NCBI RefSeq assembly: GCF_963921235.1
Contig: NC_086097.1
Location: 172,982,001 to 173,046,000, forward strand
DNA from: Mobula hypostoma
Lineage: Eukaryota
DNA: 64,000 nt
Direction: 5' to 3'
The notes below the pieces were generated by a model that searched no databases, was not told the origin of the DNA, and was given only the letters and a program-made list of their open reading frames with translations. The number at the start of each line of letters is the position of its first letter. Positions within the stretch are counted from its first letter, which is position 1. Shown piece after piece: positions 53,626 to 64,000 of this stretch. A program made the translations under genes and the position numbers.

Positions 53626-54249
53626 TCTATAATAGTTTTGCTTATATTTTAATAGAGTGCTTCAAGCATAACTTTCCCCAAGAGCAGAAACTAAAAATAA
53701 AGTGATTGAGAGCATAACTGAGAAGAAAAAAAGCTGTTGACAATAGAGAGAATGGTAGCAAGTTAAATTCATTCACAGAAGTATGTTGAGGACTAATGTC
53801 TCCATACTAAATGACAGAGGATAATTGGACAGCAGACGCGTCTGCAAAGGTTTTAATCCCATTTGTAGGAATGTTCCAAGGAAAATTTTGACTCCAAGGC
53901 AGATTACCAAAAGCTTGTTAAGTTTTAAGGAAAAAGAAATGGAACTGTAGGTTTTAAAGAAAAGAAGTGTGGCTAAAGATGTAGGCTCCAAAGGTGGCAC
54001 GATTAAATCCAAGGATAATCAAGAAAACAGAATTGGATAAACATAAATAACTCACAGGCATGAAGAGTAGGATGATGATATGAAGGGATTTCAAAGCAGT
54101 AACATTATTTTGAAATTCATGTGCTCAGCATACAACGGTGGTCATGGATTAGTAATAGTCAATGAAAGGTAGGATACATATAGTAAAATTTCAGATGACC
54201 TCGTTTACAGAGCCAGGGAGGATGACCCAGCATGTAATGGAATAGTAAT

Positions 54250-54760
54250 ACACACAAAATGCTGGGGCAGCTCTGCAGGTCAGGCAGTATCTATGGAATG
54301 GAATAAACAGTCAACATTTCGGGCTGAAACCCTTCATCAGGTCTGGAAGGAAGGGGAGAGAAGCCAGATTAAAAAGGTAGGGGGTGGATTCTGTCAGAGT
54401 ACCACCCAACCTTACTTAAATCTGGATAGCCTCCAACCTGACGACATGAACATCGATTTCTCTAACTTCTGGCAATTTCTCCCCCTCCCACGTATCTCTT
54501 TTTGCATTCACCATTCTGGCTCTCCTCTTACCTCTTCTCTTCTCCTCATCTGCCCAGCAGCTCCCTCTAGCTTCCTTCCTCCTCCTCTTTCTCCTGTGAT
54601 CCACTTTCCTCTCCTATCAGGTTCCTTCTTCTTCAGCCCTTTGCCTTTTCCACCTATCACCTTCTAGCTTCCCACTTCATTTCCCTTCCCCACCTTCTTC
54701 CTCATCTGGTTTCACCTATCGCCCACCAGCTTGTGCTTCTTCCCTTCCCCCACCTTCTTA
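54250..54760. mobile_element. PLE fragment with 5' inverted terminal repeat containing a hammerhead motif (54308-54345, minus strand)
   Basis: Minus strand cagacCTGATGAagggtttcagcccGAAAtgttgactg; forward part encodes LDSLQPDDMNIDFSNF, the PLE ORF C-terminus. Confidence 0.8.
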
Positions 54761-54944
54761 TTATTGTGTGTAAGCACAACCAAAATGATGCTGGTGAACC
54801 ACGGAGACATGTTGCCAGCTGCTTACAAAACTTATGAATATACCTCTTCTGAATTACACTCACTTCAATCTGCAGACTGCAATTTCTGTTTAAGCAACAT
54901 ACTTTTGTACCATCTTAATGAACTAATGATTTCACCATCAAGAA

Positions 54945-55364
54945 GCTGCAGAGGATCGTAAATTTAGTCAGCTCCATCTTGGGTACTGGCCTACAAAATA
55001 CCCAGGTGTCTCAGAAAGGCACCGTCCATTATTAAGGACCCCCAGCACCCAAGGCATGCCCTTTTCTCATTGTTACCAGAACCTTGAAGGCACACACTCA
55101 GCGTTTCAGGAACAGCTTCTTTCCCTCTGCCATCAGATTCCTAAATGGATATTGAACTCCTGATCACTACCTCACTTTTTAAATACATACTATTTCTGTG
55201 TTTGCATAATTTCTAATCTATTCAATATACATATACTGCAATTGATTTACTTATTTATTAATTTATTTTTTTTTCTTCTATATTATGCATTGCATTGAAC
55301 TGCTGCTAAGTTAATAAATTTCAGGACACATGCCAGTGATAATAAACCTGCATCTGATTCTGAT
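54945..55364 (+). mobile_element. Rex1-type 3' fragment
   Basis: Close copy of 3448-3875. Confidence 0.75.
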
Positions 55365-58138
55365 CTTCTGAAGGACTTGGTGACTTAACCCCTCAAGCAT
55401 GCAGATACAACATCTTTAAGCAGACAAAGGTATATTGCCATAGCCAGAAGAGAGGAGAGGGGAGGGCTCCAATCCAGGCTGATATGCCAAGAAATGAAAG
55501 TTCCTCTACCCAGCAACTTGTTAGCAAATGTACAATTGCTGGAGAACAAGACTGAGGACCTAAGGACCAGATTGCTGTACTGGAGGGAAATGAGGATTTA
55601 TTCCGTTCTGTGTTGCACCAGAGATATGGCTCACTCCAAACATGCTGGATTTGGTGATCAGACCTGAGGCCTTCTCAGTACACAGTATGGGCCACATAGC
55701 TGATTTGGAAAAAGGAAAAGGAGGGCGTCTGGGTTTCTCAATAGACTCTGTGCAGTGTTCAGATGCAGCGGCCTTGGTCTTGTCGCACTTTTGTTCCCCC
55801 AGCCTGGAATATCTAACAATTATGTGCTGACCATTCTACTTACAAAGGGATCTCCTCTGTGATCTTGACTTCAGTTTACATACCACTAAAATCTGATGTT
55901 AACCAGATACCCAAGATATTGAATGCTGCTATCACTAAACAAGAAAATGCCCAGTCTGATGCATTTCAAATCACAGTCAGGGATTTCAGTCAGGCTTGTC
56001 TGAAGAAATCTCTGCCCAATTATCATCAGCAAATAATATGCAGCACCAGGGGCCCCAACACATTTGACTACTGGTATACAGTACTACAATTAGGAATGCC
56101 TACCATTCCATGCCTAGACCGCATTTTGGGAAATCTGATCAATTGCTGTCCTTCTCCTACCTGCATACAGACAGAAACTAAAGAATAAGGTTCCAGAGAT
56201 AAGGACAACAAAGAGGTAGTTGCAGGAAGCAGAGGAGCGGCAATCGAATTGCTTCAAGTTGATGGACTGGGCTGAGGACCTGAATGAATAGTTGTCACGG
56301 ACATTATTAAAACAATCATGGAAGACGGTATCCCCACAAAATCATTCAGAGTTTTTTCCACCAGAAGCCCTGGATGAACCATGAGATCCGCATTCTGCTG
56401 AGGGTCAGATCAGAATCATTCAGGTCTGCCGACCAATTAAGATGCAAGAGGTCCAGGTATGATCTCTGGAAAGCCATCTCAGGTGCAAAGTGGCAATTCT
56501 GGGCCAAACTTCAGTCACCGAGGCCAAAGTGAGAGCATTCTTCAGGAGGGTGAACCCATGGACAGCATCCAGCCTGATGGGGTACCTGGTCGAGTACTAA
56601 AGACGTGTGCTGATCTGGAGCAGCTGGAGTGTTCACCAATATCTTTAACCTCTCACTTCAACAGTCTGAGGTAACCATTCGCTTCAAGCTGCTTCAATTA
56701 TACCAGTGCCTAAGAAGAACACTGCCTCGATGACTATCATCCAGTCGCACTTACACCAATTGTGATGAAGTGCTTTGAGAGGCTGGTGATGTAACATCTA
56801 CTCCTGCCTGAGAAGTGACTTGGATCCTTTCTAATTTGCCAACTGACACAACAGGTGCACAGCAGATGCTTTTTCATTGGCTCTTCGCTTTACTCTGGAA
56901 CATCTGGACAGCAAAGATGCATACAATAGGATGCTCTTTACTGACTACAGCCTGGCATTCAACATTATCATCCCTTCAAAGGTAATCAATAAGCTTCAAA
57001 ACCTTGGCTCAATACCTCCTTGTGCAATTGGATCCACAATTTCTGCACTTGCAGACGTCAGTCAGTTCAGATTGGCAACAATATCTCCTCCACAATCACC
57101 GTCAGCACGGGTGCACCACAAGGCTGTGCCATTAGCCCCCAGATCTACTCACTTTATACTTATGACTGTGAGGCTAAGCACAGCTCCAGGGTCATATTTA
57201 AATTTCCTGAAACACCACAGTCATTAGCTAATCAAAGATGGTGACAAATTAGTAATTAAGAGGGAGACTGAAAATATGGCTGAGTGGTGTGACAACAACC
57301 ACCTCTCACTCAATGTCAGTAAGACCAAGGAGTTGATTATTGACTTCACGAGGACGAAACCGTAGGTCTCTGAGCCAGTCCTCATCAAGGGAGCAAACAT
57401 GGTGGGGATCAGCAACTTTAAGTTCCTCAGTGTTATCATTTCAGAGGATCTGTCCTGGGCCCAGCATGTAAATGCAATTACAAAGAAAGCAAAGTAGTGT
57501 CTTTACCTTCCTTAGAAATTTGCGAAGATTCGGTATTTAAAGCTTTATCAATTTCTACTGATGTGTGATGGAGAGTTTATTCACTGGTTGTATCATGGCC
57601 TGGTATGGAAACATCAATGCCCTTGAATGGAAAATACTCCAAAAAGTAGTGGATACAGCCCAGTCCAGCACAGGTAAAGCCCTTCTCACCACTGAACAAA
57701 TCTACATGGAGCGCAGTTGTAGGAAAAAAAAACATCATTAAGGACCTCCACCACCCAGGGTATGCTTGCTTCTCATTGCTGCCACCAGGAAGAAGGTACA
57801 AGAGCCTCAGGACCCACAACACCAGGTTCAGGAACAGTTATTACGATCAGGCTCTTGACCGGAGGGGATAGCTTCACTCAACTGAACTGTTCCCACAACC
57901 TATGGACTCTCTTTCAAGGACTCTTCATCTCATGCTCCATATTTATTGCTTTTTTTTCTCTCTATCGTATTTGAACAGTTTGCTGTCCTTTGCACACTGG
58001 TTGTTTGGCCATCCTGTTATGTGCTGTCTTTCATTTATTCTATTGCATTTCTTGGATTCACTGTGTGTGCCTACAAGAACGCGAATCTCAGTGTTGTACA
58101 TGGTGACTTTGATGATAAATTTACTCTGCACTCTGAAT
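55365..58138 (+). mobile_element. Long decayed Rex1/Babar-clade LINE (APE plus RT)
   Basis: [83 protein letters not shown]. Confidence 0.87.
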
Positions 58139-58139
58139 T

Positions 58140-58290
58140 TATTCTGGCTTCTTCCTCTTTCCAGTCATGCTGTAGAGTTTCGGCCCAAAACTTCAACTGT
58201 TTATTTCCCTCCATAGATGCTGCCTGACCTGCTGAATTCCTCCAGCATTTTGTGTCTGTTGCTCCAGGTTCCATCATCTGTAGGAGCTCC
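58140..58290 (+). mobile_element. PLE terminal-repeat fragment with degenerate hammerhead
   Basis: tttcggcccaaaacttcaactg...gatgctgcctgacctgctgaattcctccagc. Confidence 0.7.
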
Positions 58291-58883
58291 TTTGTTTATG
58301 GATCGGAATAGTGAAGCTTGCAGGTGAAAAGGAATGGTTGAGAATTTCAGCAACAAATAAAATAACCTAATGTAGGAGTGGAGTTTGACAACATTATGGC
58401 AATTACAGGCTCCTTGATGCAGTACTCAGTCAAATGCTGTCTTGATGTCATTACACATCTGGAATTCATCCTTTGATCCAGGTTTGAGTTATGGTTGAGC
58501 AAGTGTCACTTGATAGCACTAGTGATGACAGCTTCCATCATTTTGCAGATGATTGAGAGTAAAGCTGATTGGGTTGTATTAAGTATATTGGCTGATTTGC
58601 TCTTTGTGAGCAGGATATACCCGGGCAAGATTCCACAACTGAAAAGTCATCAATCTGAAATATTAACTCTTGTTTCTTCTCTACCAGTGCTCCCTAGCTC
58701 GCTCAGTATTTCTGTGCTTACTAGTTGAATTTCAGATTTCCAGCCCTTATAGTATCTTCTGACATACAAAAAAAGGGATGACACCAGAAGAACTCACAAG
58801 CTATATTGGCAGCCTATTTGGGAAGGAGTACTGTTTTAATATCAGGATTTAGGTTGGCAAGAAGTTAGATTATGACCAATATA

Positions 58884-59205
58884 AAGCAACACACACAAAA
58901 TGCTAGGGGAACTCAGCATGTCAGGCAGCATCCATGGAAATGAACAAACGGTCAACATTTTGGGCCAAGACCCTCCTTCAGGACAGGAAATGAAGGGGGA
59001 AGACACCAGAATAAAATGGTGGTGTGGGGGAAGGGAATGGAAAGAGCATTGCTGCAATTTGTTGGGTGGGAAAGGTAAAGGGCTGGAGAAGAAGGTATCC
59101 GACAGGACAAGAGAATGGATGACAGGAGAAAGGGAAGGAGGAGGGGCACCAGGGGGAGGTAATAGGCAGGTGAGGGAAGCAAGAAGGCAGAATGGAAAAG
59201 AGAAG
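58884..59205 (-). mobile_element. PLE terminal-repeat fragment
   Basis: Similar to 1643-1896; degenerate hammerhead at ~58948-58985. Confidence 0.75.
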
Positions 59206-61324
59206 AAAAGTTGCTTTGGATTAGTAGCATCTGCAGAATTACTTGTGCTATCAACAACATAAAATGATCTCCATGACAACCAATTAAATTTCTGACAAGT
59301 AACTACATTGGCTAACAAATGAAGGAAACATCAGCATCCAAGTTGCCTAGCAGCTGACAAAAGTGCCCGACAGCATTATGTGATGCATCCACACAGTCTG
59401 AAAGATCACTTATAAGGGACTACGCATCATTACAAATAATGAAAGAAATTTTCTGAGAAGTTACATGTTTATGAATATTTTGTTAAGGGGTATCAATATA
59501 CGGTACAAGAATCCTAAAAGAACTTGCTGTTTTTATGGCTTTTCATTAGCACCTTCAAATTATGGAATGATGACATTAATTACTGGTCAATTGGAAATTC
59601 CATATCAGCCTTAGATTCAGCTTTTCAATGTATTATGATCCAATATGTGATCATATTACTACCACACACTAAAGTTGTCTTTGATGTGGCAGCATAGAGT
59701 GACATTCAATATTATGTGTTAATCACACAACACTCTCAAATGGTTTTATAACAGAGGTTACCTGTACAATTAAGATCTTACTCTGACTGAAACAAAGGTA
59801 CATAAACATTTCTGCACCAACCAAACAGTTCAAAACTTGCACTCACTCATCATAAACACCATACAATGGGAAGAAAGGAAATCTGGAGTAAGTAGAAAGG
59901 AACTAAGCTTGTAATTTTACCAACTATGACTTCTGTTCACATCAGTGTTTTTTTCAACACTGTGTATTAAAATTATTTGTTGGATATCACTCCCAATACA
60001 TAGATCCTTTGATTTAAGAAAGTAGGCATTCTAATCTTGTTTTTTTTTTCAAAATTCTGTTCACAAGCCACTTAGTCCATCCTATCCTCTGGCAACTACA
60101 TGAAACTGAATCATCCGAGGTCATACACAAGTTTGAGTTTTGGACCTCACTCTATGGCATCATCAAGACCGCTTTAATATCATCCAGCTGAGCCTCAGAT
60201 TATCTGTTGCTAAATCTTTCATTTGTGTCTTCATTATGTATTGAACTGACTAATCCAAAGTTCTCCAGCCCAGTCTTCGTTCCCTCTTTGGGATCATCAG
60301 AAGTGAACAAAGCAGGAGTAGTCAATTTCCCCCTTCCCGCCTCACTCCTCAGTATCTAGTAACAATATCATAAGGTCACATAGCACTGAAACAGGCCTGT
60401 TGGCCCACCAGATTCATGCTGACCACCAATTATCCTTCCACTAATCCCATTTACATGGTCCATTACCTTCTACAAATACCCACATCCATAACTTGGTCCC
60501 TCAACCAATGTTGGTAAAGCAGATGAGTTGGTCATTATTCCTTTGCTCTTCACGTGAACTTGACAGATAAAAATAATCTAAGTACCTCTCACCCCGTGTC
60601 TATTGAACTACACTGGATCCTGGTTAAGCAATAAACAATGCTTTAATTTTAAAATCTTTACCCTTAACTTCAAATTCAAACACCACCCCCGCCATGGGTC
60701 TTTTCTCTCCGTAACCACCTCTGTAAACTCCTTCAATTCCACAACCCTCTGAAATATAATAATTCTGCTTCACTCTGTCCTCTTAAATATCCATTTAATC
60801 CTGCTTAATGCCTGAGTCTATAGCTGCCAAAGCCCTTAACTCTAATATTTCCCCCAAATGCTCCCCTCCTCTCTTACTTCTTTAAATACAATCTGTAAAA
60901 CCTACTTTTCTGACCAAGTTTTTGTTCTTCTACACCAATATCTTTTTATGTGGAACGGATCAGATTTTTTGTTAACAGTTCTTTGAATGAAGCACACTAA
61001 GTGGTTTTGCTACATTAAAGGTGCAATTTAAATGGAATTTGTCACAGTTGTTATTGAGTATTAGATGTGGTCTCATAATGAGGCAAAATAAATCTGACGC
61101 GTCACACTATTCATACACCAATACCTATGTTGGCTGGATTGTAAGTGCAAGATCAAATGAATAAAAGGACATCTACTGACAAACTGAAATTTAATGGAGA
61201 TTGTTGCTGAAAAAATGGGATTCATGTTGGTACACTTAAAAATGCTGGGGGATTTCAGCAGGTCACACAGCATCTATGGAGGGAAGTAAACGGTCATCAT
61301 TCTGGGCTGAAACCTTTCACCAGC

Positions 61325-62800
61325 CCTATATACATTCACCCTATCTATACTGTTCATAACTTAGTATACCATTATAAAATCTCCCCTCATTCACCCTTGC
61401 TCCAGGGCATAAAATCCTAATGTAGTCAACCTTTCCTTGTAACTTAGATCCTCAAGTGTAAATCTTCTCTGCACTCTTTCAAACTTAGAGACATCTTTCC
61501 TAGAAGTAGATGACCAGAACTGCATACAAAACTCCAAATTTGATATCATCAACGTCTCATACAACTTCAACATAAGTCCCAACACCAGTATGCCATGCCC
61601 TGATTTATGGAGATTAATGTGCTCATAGCTCTCTTTATATTCCCATCTACCTGTGACAATACTATATTCCAAGGCACCGGTCGTGCATGCAGCCTGGTAC
61701 AGCCGTTCCGATCTATTCTTACTTTCTTCTTCTTACTTTTCAATTTACGTTATTTTTTGTATTTTTTTTCTCATGGTAACACGTCGAAGCTGCACCCTCT
61801 CTAACATGCTGGTAGAGAGAGTTTTATTTGGGTTTTCTTTAGCGCTGGAAATGGTTACATCCCGCCACGCAGGACAGAAGCAAGGTCGCATTGTGTATTT
61901 TACGGACCAGCAAAGACCAGCCGGTTTAGCGAACAGAGCGGTGGACACCCCTGCTGAAATCCGGAGGAAAACACACAGAGGGGGATCACAAAGCCGAGGA
62001 AAGAGGACCGGGTTGAGACAACAGAGACTTTTGGAGAAGAGGAGTTTGGTGGGTAATACCGTTCTGACTGACTGGAAGTGCACTGAGAGCGGTAAGCGTA
62101 AAGGAGTTCGGTGCTTACTGTTCTGGCTAACAATGGATGGTGCAATCCGGGGTATAATACGATCGAGGAACGTGTTTGCAGACTGGATATTGAACTTTTT
62201 ACTGTTGGACTTCGGCCACATTCCACCGTGATACAACACTTGGCGGCACGGGAGGTCGTTCCTGCCTGTGGCCATCGAATGTGCAGCTCCTCCTGTGGAG
62301 GGTCACACACCCTGAGCCAATAGACTGGTCCTGGACTTATTTTCCATCTGGCATAGTTTGCATTTTAGTGTTTGATTGTTGGGGTTTTTTGTATTGCTAT
62401 ATTTACGCTCTATTCTTGGTTGGTGCGGCTGTAACAAAACCAAATTTCCCCGGGATTAATAAAGTATATCTATCTATCTATCTATCTATCTATTTATCTA
62501 CACCTCAGTTCCCTACCATTCACTGTGTAAGTCGAAACTTGGTTTGTCCTTTCAAAGTGCACCACTAGTCACAGGCCTCCAGTCAGACAAACATCTATGT
62601 ATTACCACTCTTTGGGTTCGCTCACTAAGCCAGTGTTGAATCCAACTGACTGCTTCATCCTGAATGCCAAGCAAATTAACCTTCTGGACCAGACTCCCAT
62701 GTCGAACTTTGTCAAAAGCCTCGCTAAAGTTCATGTAAACAATGTCTACCACCACTACCATCAACTTCATCAACTGTCTTCCCTTCATGCACTCCGGTAG
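61325..62800 (-). mobile_element. Decayed CR1 RT fragment interrupted at ~61670-62500
   Basis: MNFSEAFDKVRH...WIQHWLSERTQRVV and LEFCMQFWS..ERVQRRFT. Confidence 0.8.
61670..62500 (+). mobile_element. Young CpG-rich non-autonomous element, probably an internally deleted Rex1 derivative, with (TATC)n tail
   Basis: Retains many CpGs; Arg-rich N-terminal-like remnant; Rex1 C-terminal-like aggtcgttcctgcctgtggccatc; ends ccaaatttccccgggattaataaagta(tatc)n. Confidence 0.6.
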
Positions 62801-64000
62801 TTGCTGAATACACGTCCTTCCAAATGAAAGGCACAAGTGCTACCACTCAGCCAGTGACATGCACAATCACTTATAGTTTTAAAGAATGGGGAGAAAACCT
62901 GTACCACAAGCATTCAGCCAGCCTTGTATATCAACTTTCAGTGTGAGAGTCTCAATTTTATGAATATTACCAAATGCATGAAGCATAGTACGTTGATTTA
63001 GTGGGTTTAAAATGAAAATATGATTAGACCATGAGTTTTATGCAACATGATTTTTGGCATTACAATTGTCCTTGATCCTTGACAGCATGAAGAGTCATTA
63101 ATGCTTACAGTCTGTTCACTGAACATGAGATAGAACTAATCAGTGTAATTGAAAGTTTGACATCTGGCTAATATCCAAGGAGCATGAAACACAAGTGTCA
63201 GTTTAATTTCACTAAAAACTAACAACTTAAATCCAAGGCTCTTGCCAGTTATTTTGTAACCTTGCCATTGATTCCCTTTCTCTACAGGCTAAACTGGATT
63301 GCATAGGAAAACGTTAATAGTATCTGAAGCACGTCTGTTTCACTCCCCTTGCTTCTCTCTCAGTCTGTCACTTTCCACCCTAAGTAAGGATTGGGCTGAT
63401 TTTGCACTCTATTTCCACCCCATCATCATCCAAGTCTGTTATATCTTCCAATACAATGGAATCACCTGCCCTTTCACCTTGTCGAGATTACTCTATAATG
63501 GAAATGCAACTAAAACTGCAGCTGCTGGATACCTGAAGTAAAAACAGAAAATATTGGTGATACTTAGCAGGTTAAGCAATATCTGTGCACTGAGAAACAA
63601 ACTTAACATTTCAGATCAATGATGCAAAATCAATAACTTAAAGGTTCTTTCACTATTGCTTGGGTACTGCCAGCATTTTCTGTTTCAGTTTCTGTTTCCT
63701 TCTTTCCTGGCACCAAGTACTTCAGATGAAGCAGTATAGCTCTGCTAAATTACTATACTGCATTCAGGGCTTATGATTTATATTTTGGAGAAACCAAATG
63801 CAGATTGGGTGCTTCACAGATCCGCTCCATTCAATCCATCAGATGAGTGAGAGTTTCCAGTTGCATATCCTTTAATTTTCTATCTCAATCCCATTCCATA
63901 GTTGGTCTCGTGCTCAATTTTGATAATTCTCAACATAATGCAGAGAACACCAGCACCACCCTGCTTCATCCAATCAATGTATAAAATCTGAATTCCGTTA

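Noticed and set aside
61653..62275. Host gene encoded by the 192-aa or 176-aa ORFs
   Set aside because: Lies within a tailed retroelement inserted in a CR1, with no recognisable domain.
43763..64000. Preceding VPS13B exon (expected SSDDLRTGLFQY-like)
   Set aside because: Not found by eye; probably upstream of the window.

Overview
Repeat-rich vertebrate genomic DNA; the repeat repertoire suggests a cartilaginous fish, which is an inference. The window lies within a large minus-strand gene, VPS13B (COH1). Five consecutive internal coding exons (185, 197, 182, 350 and 162 nt) have GT-AG ends and compatible phases. The introns contain CR1 LINEs (one near-intact), Rex1/Babar LINE bodies and tails, Tc1 transposons and MITEs, a V-SINE, a ~745-nt polypurine tract and many Penelope-like (PLE) insertions. 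The main hidden signal is a minimal type I hammerhead ribozyme motif in the PLE terminal repeats (consensus CAGTC-CTGAYGA-A-GGGT(N4)GCCC-GAAAC-GTC-GACTG). It occurs in about a dozen copies, several as ~200-nt palindromic, TSD-flanked mini-elements whose inversion point falls in the ribozyme. Other signals are a candidate 9-nt VPS13B microexon, a 91-bp monomer array at a CR1 5' end, and a Tc1-type composite element with hairpin ends. All calls were made by eye; no searches were run.
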